From Candidatus Daviesbacteria bacterium (GTDB lineage Bacteria; Patescibacteriota; Microgenomatia; Daviesbacterales; UBA10151), in contig JAQTPP010000001.1 in NCBI GenBank assembly GCA_028712705.1, forward strand, positions 17,521 to 81,520: a stretch of 64,000 nucleotides of DNA, in the 5' to 3' direction. Each line of letters begins with the position of its first letter. Position 1 is the first letter of the stretch. Position numbers and translations under genes: made by a program. Under the pieces are notes generated by a model. That model ran no database searches. It saw only the letters and a program-made list of their open reading frames with translations, and was not told the DNA's origin. Below are positions 20,241 to 31,036 of the stretch, piece after piece.

Positions 20241-22379
20241 ATGCCAAATATTAAAACCAAACGGGATTTTCCGCTGGATAGAATACGCAACATTGGAATT
20301 ATTGCCCACATTGATGCCGGAAAAACTACTACAACTGAGCGGATTCTTTTTTATACAGGAAAAACTTACAAAATAGGCAATATTGACGAGGGTACAACCG
20401 TGACAGACTGGATGGAGCAGGAACGGGAGCGTGGGATTACTATTGTTTCTGCAGCCATCACAGCTTTTTGGACTGTTAAAAAAGGTCTTTTTGAGGGTTT
20501 AGAAACAAGGATTAATTTAATTGATACTCCGGGCCATGTTGATTTTACAGCTGAGGTAGAAAGATCGCTCCGGGTTTTGGACGGAGCAGTAATTGTTTTG
20601 GATTCTTCATCCGGTGTGCAATCGCAAACAGAGACTGTTTGGAGACAGGCTAATAAATATAATGTGCCTTTAATTGCCTTTTCTAACAAGATGGATGTAG
20701 TGGGAGCGGATTTTCAGGCTACTATTCAATCTGCCAGGGATAGGCTAGGCGCAAATGCTATTGCTTACAATTTGCCAATAGGCAAAGAGAATGATTTTAA
20801 AGGAGTGGTAGATCTTTTGAGCGAGAAAGCGATTACTTGGGAAGGGGACGAAACCGGTGCGAAGTTTCATGAAATAGACATACCCGCTGATATGGTTGAA
20901 GTTGTCAAGGTGGCTCGCGAGAAGCTGGTTGAGGAAATTGCAGGCACTGATGATGTTTTGATGGGGAAATATCTGGAAGGGAAAGAGATTACAGTGCAAG
21001 AGTTAAAACAAGCCTTAAGGAAAGCAGTTATTGGTAATAAAATTGTGCCGGTTTTGGCAGGGTCTTCTCTTCGCAATAAAGGGGTTCAGTCAATGCTTGA
21101 TGCTGTTGTAGAATATCTTCCCTCTCCGCAAGACATAGCTACAGTTTCAGGTTACAATCCAAAAACAGGTGATCCTGAAGAAAGAAAAGCAGACTCGACT
21201 GCTCTCCTGGCGGCGTTGGCTTTTAAAATTCAAGTTGATCCGCACGTAGGAAAATTGACTTATATCAGAGTATATTCCGGAACCCTAAAGAGCGGTTCTT
21301 ATGTCTACAACGCCACCAAACAAATTAGAGAGAGAGTGGGAAGATTGCTTTTAATGCATGCCAACGACAGGGAGGAAATTGATGAAGCTTTCGCCGGAGA
21401 AATTGTGGCAGCAGTAGGTTTGAAAGATACTGTCACAGGTAATACCCTTTGCGATGAAAATACTCCAATTATTTTGGAATCCATTTCTTTTCCTGATCCG
21501 GTTATCTCTTTGGCAATAGAACCAAAAACAAAATCAGATCAGGAAAAGCTGGGTTATGCTTTGCAAAGACTTTCCGAAGAAGATCCGACTTTTAGGGTCA
21601 AGTCTGATCAAGAAACCGGCCAAACTATTATTGCAGGTATGGGTGAGTTGCAGCTTGAAATTTTGGTGGACAGGATGAAAAGGGAGTTTAAGCTGGAAGC
21701 TAATGTGGGTCAGCCGCAAGTTGCATACAAGGAAACTATTACTCAGATAGCAAAGGGTGAGGGAAAGTATATCAGACAAACCGGAGGTCGTGGTCAATAT
21801 GGCCATTGTTTGCTTAGAATTGAGCCTCTGCCGCGGGGAACCGGCAGGGAATTTGTCTCAGAAATTGTCGGTGGTGCTATCCCGCGAGAGTTTATTCCTC
21901 CAATCGAAAAAGGAGTTATTGAAAAAGAAGATACCGGTATTTTGGCAGGTTACCCTGTGACTGATATTAAAGTAGCTGTTTATGACGGGTCTTTTCATGA
22001 TGTTGATTCCTCGGAAGTTGCTTTTAAGATTGCAGCCTCACTGGGGCTTTCTGAGGCAGCCAAAAAAGCCGACATGATACTCCTTGAGCCGATCATGAAG
22101 GTGGAAGTTACTACTCCTGAGGAGTTTTTGGGGGAGATTATTGGTGATTTGTCTTCTAAAAGAGCCCAAATTTTATCTTCTGAAACAAAGGGAAACGCCA
22201 GGGTGGTTTTGGCCTTGGTGCCTTTGGCAGAGATGCATGGGTATGCTACAGCCATCAGAAGTATGTCTCAAGGCCGGGCCACTTATTACATGGAGGCAGA
22301 TCATTATGAAACAGTGCCGCAAAACATCACCCAAAAAATCATTGAATCCTCAGGCTTTACAGGCCGGGTCGAGCATTAG
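20241..22379 (+). CDS. fusA: Elongation factor G
   Basis: [21 protein letters not shown]. Confidence 0.99.
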   Translation: MPNIKTKRDFPLDRIRNIGIIAHIDAGKTTTTERILFYTGKTYKIGNIDEGTTVTDWMEQERERGITIVSAAITAFWTVKKGLFEGLETRINLIDTPGHVDFTAEVERSLRVLDGAVIVLDSSSGVQSQTETVWRQANKYNVPLIAFSNKMDVVGADFQATIQSARDRLGANAIAYNLPIGKENDFKGVVDLLSEKAITWEGDETGAKFHEIDIPADMVEVVKVAREKLVEEIAGTDDVLMGKYLEGKEITVQELKQALRKAVIGNKIVPVLAGSSLRNKGVQSMLDAVVEYLPSPQDIATVSGYNPKTGDPEERKADSTALLAALAFKIQVDPHVGKLTYIRVYSGTLKSGSYVYNATKQIRERVGRLLLMHANDREEIDEAFAGEIVAAVGLKDTVTGNTLCDENTPIILESISFPDPVISLAIEPKTKSDQEKLGYALQRLSEEDPTFRVKSDQETGQTIIAGMGELQLEILVDRMKREFKLEANVGQPQVAYKETITQIAKGEGKYIRQTGGRGQYGHCLLRIEPLPRGTGREFVSEIVGGAIPREFIPPIEKGVIEKEDTGILAGYPVTDIKVAVYDGSFHDVDSSEVAFKIAASLGLSEAAKKADMILLEPIMKVEVTTPEEFLGEIIGDLSSKRAQILSSETKGNARVVLALVPLAEMHGYATAIRSMSQGRATYYMEADHYETVPQNITQKIIESSGFTGRVEH

Positions 22380-22704
22380 GTTTTCGAACAAAATACCGAC
22401 TAATTTGTTCAACCATCGAAGCTGCGTTTAGAGGAGGGTTTGGCTCTTCTAATTGATTTAAACCTATTTCCAGATAACATATCATTAATATTCTCATTCT
22501 CTGTAGTGCTGTGTCTAAATCTTCACCACCAACTACTAAACGTATATTTGGAGAACAAAACTTCGCGTTTAATATGTGAGTAGGAGACGTAATCTCCCTG
22601 ATCTCTACCGGTATTGCGTTAGTCTGAGTCCATTCTTTACCTGTATCTGGGGATACAAGTGTATCCATAGGTGGAATAAGATGTTCTTTAATCTCCTGAG
22701 CCAT
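22357..22704 (-). CDS. Hypothetical protein, possible HicB-like fold
   Basis: 115-aa ORF filling the fusA-tuf gap; [29 protein letters not shown] resembles the HicB N-domain pattern. Confidence 0.55.
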   Translation of the reverse strand: MAQEIKEHLIPPMDTLVSPDTGKEWTQTNAIPVEIREITSPTHILNAKFCSPNIRLVVGGEDLDTALQRMRILMICYLEIGLNQLEEPNPPLNAASMVEQISRYFVRKPNARPGL

Positions 22705-22832
22705 GGACGGATTTTAACAAGAAGATGATTGTGAATCAAATTATCCCTTTTGATTTTTATTTGGTTCTTGCATTTATTGGGTAAATACGTTATATTTATA
22801 AGTACCAGTCCTTTGACAGGTTCAGGATGAAC

Positions 22833-22861
22833 TTGACAAGGCTGGATTTTTAAGTCAAAAT
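22833..22861 (+). promoter_or_regulatory. Internal tuf promoter (probably leaderless mRNA)
   Basis: TTGACA-17 nt-CAAAAT-7 nt-ATG. Confidence 0.6.
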
Positions 22862-22868
22862 TACAACT

Positions 22869-24053
22869 ATGGCTGAACAGAAAAAATTTGATAGAAGTAA
22901 ACCACACGTTAATGTGGGAACCATGGGTCATGTTGATCATGGTAAAACAACTTTAACTGCTGCAATCACCAAAGTCTTGGCCGGCAAAGGTATGGCTGAA
23001 GAGAGAAGCGTTGATCAGATTGATAACGCTCCGGAAGAAAAAGCTCGCGGCATCACTATTAATATTTCCCATCAGGAGTATGAAACCGAAAAAAGGCATT
23101 ATGCCCACATTGACATGCCAGGGCATGCAGATTACATCAAAAACATGATTACCGGCGCCGCACAAACAGATGGCGCCATTTTGGTAGTTTCTGCACCAGA
23201 TGGCCCAATGCCTCAAACCAGAGAACATCTTCTATTGGCTCGCCAAGTAGGAGTTCCGGCAATTGTAGTTTATTTAAATAAGGTAGATATGGTAGATGAT
23301 CCTGAACTTTTGGATTTGGTAGAAGAAGAAGTTCGTGATCTTTTGAAGAAATATGAATATGATCCGCAGTCTCCTATAATCCGTGGCAGCGCCAAAAAAG
23401 CTTTAGAAGGTGATGCTGAGGCAGTAAAATCTATTGAAGAGTTAATGGTTAAGGTCGACGAGTGGATTCCGACTCCTGTTAGGGATACGGATAAGCCGTT
23501 TCTGATGGCGGTTGAGGACGTTTTCTCAATTAAAGGCAGAGGTACGGTAGTAACCGGAAGAATTGAAAGAGGCAAGGTTAAAGTTAATGAAGAAATCGAA
23601 ATCGTTGGCATCAAGCCCACAAAGAAAAGCGTTGTCACCGGAATTGAGATGTTTCATAAAATGCTGGATGAAGGTCAAGCTGGCGACAATGCCGGAATTC
23701 TGCTTCGAGGTATTGAAAAAGACGACGTTGAAAGAGGTCAAGTTTTGGCCAAACCAGGCTCAATTACCCCGCATTCCGAATTCCAAGCTGAAGTTTATAT
23801 TTTGAGTAAAGAAGAAGGCGGAAGACACACCCCTTTTTTCAAAGGCTACAGACCGCAATTCTATATTAGAACTACAGATGTGACCGGTGAAGTCACTTTA
23901 CCGGAAGGAGTAGAAATGGCAATGCCTGGCGATACAGTCAATGTTACCGGTAAACTTATTACACCTGTTGCTATGGAAGAAGGTCTTCGTTTTGCTGTCA
24001 GAGAAGGCGGAAAGACGGTCGGAGCCGGGGTTATTACCAAAATAATCGCTTAA
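22869..24053 (+). CDS. tuf: Elongation factor Tu
   Basis: [30 protein letters not shown]. Confidence 0.99.
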   Translation: MAEQKKFDRSKPHVNVGTMGHVDHGKTTLTAAITKVLAGKGMAEERSVDQIDNAPEEKARGITINISHQEYETEKRHYAHIDMPGHADYIKNMITGAAQTDGAILVVSAPDGPMPQTREHLLLARQVGVPAIVVYLNKVDMVDDPELLDLVEEEVRDLLKKYEYDPQSPIIRGSAKKALEGDAEAVKSIEELMVKVDEWIPTPVRDTDKPFLMAVEDVFSIKGRGTVVTGRIERGKVKVNEEIEIVGIKPTKKSVVTGIEMFHKMLDEGQAGDNAGILLRGIEKDDVERGQVLAKPGSITPHSEFQAEVYILSKEEGGRHTPFFKGYRPQFYIRTTDVTGEVTLPEGVEMAMPGDTVNVTGKLITPVAMEEGLRFAVREGGKTVGAGVITKIIA

Positions 24054-24059
24054 GCTTAT

Positions 24060-24119
24060 TTGTCATTCTGAACACAGTGAAGAATCTAATTAGATCCTTC
24101 GTTTCACTCAGGATGACAA
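24060..24119. repeat. Inverted REP doublet (REPIN-like)
   Basis: TTGTCATTCTGA...GAAGAATCT/AGATCCTTC...TCAGGATGACAA. Confidence 0.8.
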
Positions 24120-24166
24120 TTTAGTATAATGCACATTGAAAGGGAAATCCCTAAAGGGATTATAAT

Positions 24167-24475
24167 ATGCCAAGAGGACGAATCAGAGTAAAACTGAAGA
24201 GTTATGATCATCGGGTATTAGATAATACCTGTGAATCCCTTTTGGATACAGCCCTTAGAACCGGTGCCAAAATAGTCGGTCCAATCCTCCTTCCTACAAA
24301 AACTGAGCGCATTACGGTTTTAACTTCTCCTCACACAGATAAAGACTCAAGAGAAGCTTTTGAAATAAAAACCCACAAAAGAATGATTGATATTGTGGAA
24401 CCTACCCAAAAAACCATAGATTCCCTCATGCATCTTGAAATCCCAGCAGGCGTTGATATTGAAGTTAAGATGTAG
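24167..24475 (+). CDS. rpsJ: 30S protein S10
   Basis: IRVKLKSYDH, GPILLPT, SPH.DKDSRE.FE. Confidence 0.99.
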   Translation: MPRGRIRVKLKSYDHRVLDNTCESLLDTALRTGAKIVGPILLPTKTERITVLTSPHTDKDSREAFEIKTHKRMIDIVEPTQKTIDSLMHLEIPAGVDIEVKM

Positions 24476-24476
24476 C

Positions 24477-25073
24477 ATGTCTAAATTTAAGGTTTTAGGA
24501 TTTATTAATTGCCTTTTAGTAATTTTGCCTATTATCATTCGGTATCCTCTTAATTTAGTTTTCTTATTTTCATTAGGGCTAAATATTTACTTAGGATATA
24601 AATTACTTTGGGAACACTATGATCCAACAAAGTTTAAACAATATTTAACTCTAACTTTCTTAACTGGCTTGTGGCTTATTTGGGGTCTTATCGGATATCT
24701 TTTTGCGTTAGGATTTGCTTACCTAATAATCTCTTTCGTGCTAATTACGGGAATTTTTGTCTTTATTAGGGAACTTTCGGTTAAACTGGCTTTACTTGTT
24801 TCCTTTGCCACATTTTTAGTTGTTGTCCAAACGATAGCTTGGGGATTTGAAGACGATCATTGCTGGAAGAAAGGGGATGAAATGGCAGTAGGTAAACCAG
24901 GAACGATGGTTATTCCCGGCCAAGAAGCTAAAAATTTATTCGGAAGTAATAATATTGATATTTCTGCATCTAGTTCTGCTGAAGTTGGTACAGCTGCATA
25001 TTACCATTTTAAGTGTCATCAGGATTTTGATTTGGGTAAAGTATTAAGAGACAAATATATTCCAATGAAGTAA
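24477..25073 (+). CDS. Hypothetical multi-pass membrane protein
   Basis: About 5 hydrophobic segments plus a C-terminal domain with 2 Cys; ATG 1 nt after the rpsJ stop. Confidence 0.7.
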   Translation: MSKFKVLGFINCLLVILPIIIRYPLNLVFLFSLGLNIYLGYKLLWEHYDPTKFKQYLTLTFLTGLWLIWGLIGYLFALGFAYLIISFVLITGIFVFIRELSVKLALLVSFATFLVVVQTIAWGFEDDHCWKKGDEMAVGKPGTMVIPGQEAKNLFGSNNIDISASSSAEVGTAAYYHFKCHQDFDLGKVLRDKYIPMK

Positions 25074-25092
25074 ATATAGATTTATCAGTCTC

Positions 25093-25256
25093 TTGCATTT
25101 AGCCTCGAGCTTGTGTTAAAATTTCCTTACATGATTAGGTCAGGTTAAATAATTTAACCTAAAATTTCAGTAGATCGCGCGTCCGACGAAGATACGGCGA
25201 TTGAAAGCGAGATACTGAGTGAGATCCTGAGCGAAGTCGAAGGACTCACTCTTTTT
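25093..25256 (+). promoter_or_regulatory. Promoter and structured leader/attenuator of rplC
   Basis: TTGCAT-18-TAAAAT; stems TCAGTA/TACTGA and GATCGC/GCGATT; terminator GAGTGAG/CTCACTC-TTTTT. Confidence 0.6.
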
Positions 25257-25268
25257 AGTGCAAAAATT

Positions 25269-26060
25269 ATGATAGGTACACTTTTAGGTATAAAAAAGGA
25301 AATGACAAGTGTTTATGACTCCCGCGGAAGAAGGGTGGGAGCTACTGTTATACAAATTTCACCTAATTTGGTGACTCAAATAAAAACTACCGACGGTAAA
25401 GATGGATACAGCGCAGTCCAGTTGGGTTATGGAACCAAAAAATCAGTCAAAAAACCTCAGCTTGGTCATGGTAAGAAAGCCGGCATAGAACAACCAATCC
25501 GTTGGTTTAGGGAAGTAGTAGCAGATGGTCAAGATTTAAAGCCTGGACAAGAGATAAAACTCGACCAGGTTTTTTCAATAGGAGATGCGGTAAAAGTGAC
25601 AGGTATTTCTAAAGGTAAGGGTTTTCAAGGCGGAGTCAGGCGTCACGGCTTTCACGGCGGACCAAAAACCCACGGTCAATCAGATAGACTGCGGGCTCCG
25701 GGCGCAATCGGCTCAGGGACTACTCCAGGAAGAGTTTATAAGGGTAAAAAGATGGCAGGTCATATGGGTAGTAGCGGAGTAAGTACCAAGAATTTAGAAG
25801 TCGTAGGATTAAATAAAAACGATAATTTATTGATCATTAAAGGTGCAATTCCGGGGCCGGTGAATAATTTAGTTTTGATTACAAAATTGGGAAGAATAAA
25901 AGGTTACACTCCGCCACCGGAAGAGAAAGTAGAAGAAGAGATAAATGAGTCAAAAGAGTCAGAGATGATTAGTGAGGCGTCTTCGCCAGAGGCTTCGGCG
26001 CCCGCGGAAGGAGAATCTTCCTTCGCCGAGATTACGGAGGACAAGAAAAATGCCGGTTAA
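25269..26060 (+). CDS. rplC: 50S protein L3 (acidic C-terminal tail)
   Basis: SKGKGFQG.VRRH.F, PGRVYKGKKMAGHMG. Confidence 0.99.
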   Translation: MIGTLLGIKKEMTSVYDSRGRRVGATVIQISPNLVTQIKTTDGKDGYSAVQLGYGTKKSVKKPQLGHGKKAGIEQPIRWFREVVADGQDLKPGQEIKLDQVFSIGDAVKVTGISKGKGFQGGVRRHGFHGGPKTHGQSDRLRAPGAIGSGTTPGRVYKGKKMAGHMGSSGVSTKNLEVVGLNKNDNLLIIKGAIPGPVNNLVLITKLGRIKGYTPPPEEKVEEEINESKESEMISEASSPEASAPAEGESSFAEITEDKKNAG

Positions 26061-26892
26061 GAAAAAAGTATCAGTTAAAAAAACTGTTCGGGGTCCTGCC
26101 GCCTCGGTATCCCGTCGTGCATCCTCACTCGCTAATCGCTCGCTGCGGCTACGCGCCAGGATCCCCTCCTCGGCGTCACCCCTCACTTCCAGATCCCGAG
26201 GACTATCAGTTCCCGTCTATTCATTAGCCGGTAGAGCTTCCGGAACTTTGTCTTTACCAAAGGAAATTTTCGGGGTTAAAGTTAATAAAACATTACTGTC
26301 GCAAGCAGCCAGGATTTATTTAACAAACAAGAAGACTTTATTAGGTTCTACCAAGACTCGGGGTGAGGTTGAGGGTTCAACCGCCAAGATTTATAGGCAA
26401 AAAGGTACCGGCAGAGCTAGACATGGTGCTATTCGCGCCCCGATATTTGTCGGGGGCGGTATTACTTTTGGCCCCAAGTCCCGCAAGGTCAGGTTAGAGT
26501 TGCCGCAAAGGATGAGAAAAGCTGCTCTTTTTTCCGCCCTTTCATCTAAGTTTTTTGATAAGAATGTGCTGGGGATAAGTGGAATCGATAAAGCGTCCGG
26601 CAAGACCAAAGAGATGATTCAGTTAATGGAAAAGCTGAAAATAAAAAGCGGGCTTATCGTAACCGGAGAGAAAACTGATAATGTAACCAGGGCAGTTAGG
26701 AATATTCAAGGATTTGATGTATTACCAGCTAATTTACTAAATGCTTATGAGGTCTTAAAACATGAGTTGCTGTTAGTTACCAAAGAAGCGGTCAATGTCA
26801 TTCTGGGGAGTAAAACGACACCAGAATTTGGTAAGAAAGATTCTGGACGCGCTCTGCTTGCCAGAATGACAAAGAAAGGTAAGAAAAAATGA
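26050..26892 (+). CDS. rplD: 50S protein L4 (repeat-derived N- and C-extensions)
   Basis: TKTRGEV, QKGTGRARHG..RAP..VGGG; ATG 26050 overlaps the rplC end. Confidence 0.97.
   Translation: MPVKKKVSVKKTVRGPAASVSRRASSLANRSLRLRARIPSSASPLTSRSRGLSVPVYSLAGRASGTLSLPKEIFGVKVNKTLLSQAARIYLTNKKTLLGSTKTRGEVEGSTAKIYRQKGTGRARHGAIRAPIFVGGGITFGPKSRKVRLELPQRMRKAALFSALSSKFFDKNVLGISGIDKASGKTKEMIQLMEKLKIKSGLIVTGEKTDNVTRAVRNIQGFDVLPANLLNAYEVLKHELLLVTKEAVNVILGSKTTPEFGKKDSGRALLARMTKKGKKK
26797..26870. repeat. REP doublet inside the rplD 3' end
   Basis: Terminal inverted repeat GTCATTCTGG/CCAGAATGAC with inner CCAGAAT/ATTCTGG. Confidence 0.8.
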
Positions 26893-27320
26893 TCATTTTA
26901 AAACGGCCAATTATTTCTGAAAAATCAATGAAACTTGCCCAAAATGGTTTGTATACTTTTGAAGTCGATAGAGAGGCAACAAAGCCTTTAATTGCCAAAA
27001 AAGTTTCCGAGAAATTTAATGTTAAAGTTTTAAAAGTTAGAGTAATAAATATTAAAGGAAAGATGAAATCACAAAGAAAAGTTAAAAAAGTTTATCAAAC
27101 CGGGGGATACAAAAAAGCTATAGTCCAGGTTAAAAAAGGAGATAAAATTGCTGTCTTTGAAACTCCTAAAGAAGAGGCTACAGTCACAACAGTTGAGGGT
27201 GAACCGATCAAATTAAAAGAGAAAAAGGATATTTTAGGAAGGACTAAAGTTAAAGTAGAAAAAACCCCGCAATTCGGCGGGGCACCTACAACCCAAAGAA
27301 AGGTGATTACAGGTAAATAG
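26889..27320 (+). CDS. rplW: 50S protein L23 (C-terminal extension)
   Basis: RPIISEKS, YTFEV, KKAIVQV. Confidence 0.97.
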   Translation: MIILKRPIISEKSMKLAQNGLYTFEVDREATKPLIAKKVSEKFNVKVLKVRVINIKGKMKSQRKVKKVYQTGGYKKAIVQVKKGDKIAVFETPKEEATVTTVEGEPIKLKEKKDILGRTKVKVEKTPQFGGAPTTQRKVITGK

Positions 27321-27351
27321 ACGTGGACTATAATTTTCGAGGACTTAAATT

Positions 27352-28086
27352 ATGAAAAGATTAAAAACATTATTAAAAAAGCATTCCGGTAGATCCAATG
27401 GTGTTTTAACCGTCCGTGGTCAAGGCGGAAGACACAAGAGGTATTATAGGGGGATTGATTTTAGAAGGGATAAATTTGGAGTTTCGGGTGAAGTGATGGA
27501 TATTGAATACGATCCGAATAGAAATGTAAAAATTGCCTTAATCAAATATACGGATGGAGAATACAGGTACATTTTGGCTCCAAAAGGGCTATCTGCGGGT
27601 GACGAAGTGATAGCTGGTGACAAAAGTGAAATAAAAATTGGTAATGCGATGAGGTTACAAAATATAACGATCGGGACACTGGTACATAATGTTGAGCTTA
27701 CTCCTGGTAAAGGCGGACAATTAGGTCGGAGCGCTGGAATGGCATTACAACTTCTTGCCAAAGAAGGCGGTTTCGCTAATTTGAAGATGCCGTCAGGTGA
27801 GATCAGGATGATCTCTTTGCAATCAATGGCTACGATTGGCACATTGGGCAACGAGGAAGTAAGACAGCGGGTGTTGGGTAAAGCCGGCAGATCCCGCCAT
27901 ATGGGTATCAAACCAACTGTTCGCGGTGTGGCTCAAGATCCTGATTCTCATCCGCATGGAGGAGGAGAAGGAAGATCGGGAATTGGGCGAAAAAGCCCGA
28001 TGACAAAATATGGCAAGATTGCTGTCGGCAAAACCAGAAATAGAAGAAAGCAAAGCAGTAGATATATTTTGAAAAGGAGAAAATAA
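27352..28086 (+). CDS. rplB: 50S protein L2 (short N-terminus)
   Basis: [23 protein letters not shown]. Confidence 0.99.
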   Translation: MKRLKTLLKKHSGRSNGVLTVRGQGGRHKRYYRGIDFRRDKFGVSGEVMDIEYDPNRNVKIALIKYTDGEYRYILAPKGLSAGDEVIAGDKSEIKIGNAMRLQNITIGTLVHNVELTPGKGGQLGRSAGMALQLLAKEGGFANLKMPSGEIRMISLQSMATIGTLGNEEVRQRVLGKAGRSRHMGIKPTVRGVAQDPDSHPHGGGEGRSGIGRKSPMTKYGKIAVGKTRNRRKQSSRYILKRRK

Positions 28087-28087
28087 T

Positions 28088-28372
28088 ATGAGTAGATCAG
28101 TTAAAAAAGGGCCGTTCATCGACGAGAAGCTGATGAAAAAAGTAATGATGCAAAAGCAGGGCGTAAAGAAAGATCCGATTAAAACCTGGGTCAGAAGATC
28201 ACAGATTCCGCCGGAATTTGTCGGGCATACTTTTTTAGTCCATCAAGGGAAAAATTTTGTGACTGTATATGTGTCAGAATCAATGGTGGGGCATAGATTA
28301 GGTGAATTTGCGCCAACACGAGTATTTAGGGGTCATGGAAAGGTAACAGAAAAGAGTACGTCAAAGACTTAA
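28088..28372 (+). CDS. rpsS: 30S protein S19
   Basis: [23 protein letters not shown]. Confidence 0.99.
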   Translation: MSRSVKKGPFIDEKLMKKVMMQKQGVKKDPIKTWVRRSQIPPEFVGHTFLVHQGKNFVTVYVSESMVGHRLGEFAPTRVFRGHGKVTEKSTSKT

Positions 28373-28387
28373 AAAAAGGTCAAAAAC

Positions 28388-28726
28388 ATGGAAATACAAA
28401 CAATACAAAAATTCTTACACACCAGTCCCAGGAAACTTCGTCTGGTTTCGGATATGGTTCGTAAAATGGAACCGTCTAAAGCTTTGGATGTTTTGGGGGT
28501 TACTCCCAAAGCAGCTGCTAAAGATTTGGAAAAAGCTCTGAGAGTAGTTTTAGCGAATGCAAAACAGCAAGGCCTGGATACATCAAAATTAACTTTCAAA
28601 AAAATTGAAATAAATGAGAGTATGAAAATGCGTCGGTTCAGAGCTGGTACGAAAGGGAGAGTTAAACCGTATAAGAAGAGAATGTCGCATATAAAGATAG
28701 TATTAAGTGATAAGGAGGTTAAATAG
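28388..28726 (+). CDS. rplV: 50S protein L22
   Basis: SPRKLRLV, SHIKIVL. Confidence 0.97.
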   Translation: MEIQTIQKFLHTSPRKLRLVSDMVRKMEPSKALDVLGVTPKAAAKDLEKALRVVLANAKQQGLDTSKLTFKKIEINESMKMRRFRAGTKGRVKPYKKRMSHIKIVLSDKEVK

Positions 28727-29368
28727 ATGGGTCAGAAAATACATCCAGTCGGTTTTAGGATGGGTATTGGAGCGACTTGGAAGTCGCGCTGGTTTGCTCA
28801 TGGGGTAAAATACCGACAGTATATTGCGGAGGATTTGAAGATCCGTGAACTTTTGATGAAGAAATTGCGTCCGGCAGGTATCAGTTCGGTTGAGATCGAG
28901 AGAGCTGTTAACAAATTAAAAATAATAATCTATGTTTCCCGTCCCGGGGTTTTGATTGGACGGGGAGGCAGCGGCTTAAATGATCTAAAGAAATTTTTAA
29001 TGGCCGAGTTAAAAATTAAGAGCGACAATAGTTTAGAGGTTGCGCCGATGGAATTAAAATCGGCAGACATATCGTCTTATCTTGTTGCCCAATCTGTAGC
29101 TGAACAGCTTGTCAGAAGACTATCTGCGCAACGAGTGATGAATCAAGCAATTGATAGAGTAATGAGGGCCGGCGCCAAGGGCGTCAGGATTGTTTTGTCC
29201 GGCAGAATAGGTGGCGCAGAAATTGCAAGACGCGAATGGAAGGCTGCAGGAACTATGCCTTTGCATACTCTTAGGGCAGATATAGATTTTGTTGCATACC
29301 CGGCTTTAACAAAGTCAGGATATGTGGGAGTGAAAGTTTGGATTAATAAAGGAGAAGTTGAAATATGA
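28727..29368 (+). CDS. rpsC: 30S protein S3
   Basis: MGQKIHPVGFR, GRIGGAEIAR, PLHTLRADID. Confidence 0.99.
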   Translation: MGQKIHPVGFRMGIGATWKSRWFAHGVKYRQYIAEDLKIRELLMKKLRPAGISSVEIERAVNKLKIIIYVSRPGVLIGRGGSGLNDLKKFLMAELKIKSDNSLEVAPMELKSADISSYLVAQSVAEQLVRRLSAQRVMNQAIDRVMRAGAKGVRIVLSGRIGGAEIARREWKAAGTMPLHTLRADIDFVAYPALTKSGYVGVKVWINKGEVEI

Positions 29369-29371
29369 ATC

Positions 29372-29476
29372 AAGCAGCTTGTCACAGTACAAAAAATCGC
29401 TCGCACGGTATAAACTTGCTCGCTTGTGAGTATTTTGTGGTTCAACATTTTTTGTTTACTTGTGACTTCGCTGTTT
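29372..29476 (+). repeat. Post-stop stem-loop family, copy 3
   Basis: AAGCAGC/GCTGTTT, GTCACAG/TTGTGAC and CAAAAAA/TTTTTTG. Confidence 0.75.
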
Positions 29477-29485
29477 TTAACAACT

Positions 29486-29554
29486 TAAAGATAGGTGATA
29501 GACGATTCGGTAACACGAGTTTATTAAAAGGAGGAGGACGGTAGAATCGTCCAA
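29486..29554 (+). promoter_or_regulatory. Structured 5' leader motif, copy 1 (rplP)
   Basis: 60/69 nt identical, ungapped, to 32132-32200, with stem-preserving changes. Confidence 0.8.
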
Positions 29555-29561
29555 GAAAAAT

Positions 29562-29975
29562 ATGGCACTACTGCAACCAAAAAGAATGAAGCATAGAAAA
29601 ACTTTTAAAGGCAAAAGAGGCGGGATAGCTACGCGCGGTAATCGCTTATCGTTTGGATCTTTCGGGTTAAAGGCTATGGAGGCAGGTTTTATTTCTGCAA
29701 GACAACTTGAAGCAGCCAGACGGGCGATGACTCATTTTACGCAAAGAGGCGGACGTATTTGGATCAGAGTTTTTCCTGATAAGCCGGTTACCAAACACCC
29801 GGCAGAATCAAGAATGGGTTCTGGTAAAGGCGATGTTGAAGGGTATGTGGCTGTTGTGAAACCGGGAAGCTTGATTTTTGAAATGGGAGCTGTTGCAAAA
29901 GAGGTAGCGGAAGAGGCTTTAAGACTAGCTGCTCACAAGTTGCCGATTGATACAAAATTTGTGGAAAAGATTTAA
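29562..29975 (+). CDS. rplP: 50S protein L16
   Basis: [26 protein letters not shown]. Confidence 0.99.
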   Translation: MALLQPKRMKHRKTFKGKRGGIATRGNRLSFGSFGLKAMEAGFISARQLEAARRAMTHFTQRGGRIWIRVFPDKPVTKHPAESRMGSGKGDVEGYVAVVKPGSLIFEMGAVAKEVAEEALRLAAHKLPIDTKFVEKI

Positions 29976-29977
29976 CT

Positions 29978-30259
29978 ATGAAGAAAAACATTTTTTTGCA
30001 GATAAAAGGGCTAGACGTAAGGGAGTTGAAGGTTAAAGCGAAGGCTCTAAAAGAAGAAATTGCAAATTTAACTTTGGATAAAAATATGAAAAAGTTGAAA
30101 GATCTAAAAATGGTTTCGAAAAAGAAAAAAGAGCTGGCTCAAATTTTGACAATTATTAAACAGAAAGAACTCTTAGTGCAACTAGAGTCAATAAGTCATC
30201 AGACTGAAAAGATAATTGAGAAAGAAGAAGAACCTAAGACAAAGAAAGGAAAAAAATAA
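29978..30259 (+). CDS. rpmC: 50S protein L29 (divergent, extended)
   Basis: Syntenic between rplP and rpsQ; KKELAQILTII pattern. Confidence 0.85.
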   Translation: MKKNIFLQIKGLDVRELKVKAKALKEEIANLTLDKNMKKLKDLKMVSKKKKELAQILTIIKQKELLVQLESISHQTEKIIEKEEEPKTKKGKK

Positions 30260-30661
30260 ATGATTGGAAGAGTTGTTTCAACAAAAATGCAAAAAACGGT
30301 AACTGTCTTAATAGAAAGAGCGGCTAAGCACCCTTTGTATCAAAAAACTTTTATTCAAAGCAAAAGGTATTTGGTTGACGATCCTGTTGGTGTAAAGATG
30401 GGGGATGTGGTAGAGATCGCTAAAGTCAAGCCGATTTCTAAGAACAAGCATTGGAGGATAGTCAAAGTAGTAGGGAAGAATTTGGAAGAAATTACAGAGA
30501 GTGCATTAAAGGTAGCAGCAGAAAAAATAATTGCGGAAGTGATGCCGGAATCATCTTCCGCTGAAGCTTCGGGGGGTGAAAAGAAAGAGGTAGCGGTGGA
30601 TAATTCTACAGAAAAACCTAAATTAAAAAAGAAAGGAAAGACAGAATTGTCCAAAAAATAA
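30260..30661 (+). CDS. rpsQ: 30S protein S17 (C-terminal extension)
   Basis: GRVVSTKMQKTVTV, HPLY.K, PISKNKHW. Confidence 0.97.
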   Translation: MIGRVVSTKMQKTVTVLIERAAKHPLYQKTFIQSKRYLVDDPVGVKMGDVVEIAKVKPISKNKHWRIVKVVGKNLEEITESALKVAAEKIIAEVMPESSSAEASGGEKKEVAVDNSTEKPKLKKKGKTELSKK

Positions 30662-30664
30662 TTA

Positions 30665-31033
30665 ATGGTTCAACACAGAACTAGGTTAACAGTTGCAGAT
30701 AATAGCGGGGCAAAAGCAGTTCAAGTGATTCAACCTTTGGGCGGTTCAGGCAAGAGAAAAGCTTCTTTGGGACAATTAGTAGTGGCAGTTGTTAAGGGGG
30801 CAGATCCGAATGGGCAAGTAAAAAACCACGAGATAGTTAAAGCTGTGATTGTTAGGACGAAAAAAGAAGTCAGACGCGATGACGGTTCATATATAAAATT
30901 TGATGATAATGCGGGAGTGATTGTAGATAACGATGGAAATTTAAGAGCTACCCGTATATTTGGTCCGGTTGCAAGAGAAGTCAGAGATGTCGGGTACACA
31001 AAAATTATTTCTCTGGCGCAGGAGGTTTGGTAA
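30665..31033 (+). CDS. rplN: 50S protein L14
   Basis: [25 protein letters not shown]. Confidence 0.99.
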   Translation: MVQHRTRLTVADNSGAKAVQVIQPLGGSGKRKASLGQLVVAVVKGADPNGQVKNHEIVKAVIVRTKKEVRRDDGSYIKFDDNAGVIVDNDGNLRATRIFGPVAREVRDVGYTKIISLAQEVW

Positions 31034-31036
31034 ATT

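Noticed and set aside
25972-26049. Longer ORF-track starts for rplD (also rpsK, rplQ, acyP, hicB, the EEP gene and the 3057 ORF)
   Set aside because: The extensions run through upstream genes, tRNA or repeats; downstream starts fit family N-termini or promoter spacing better
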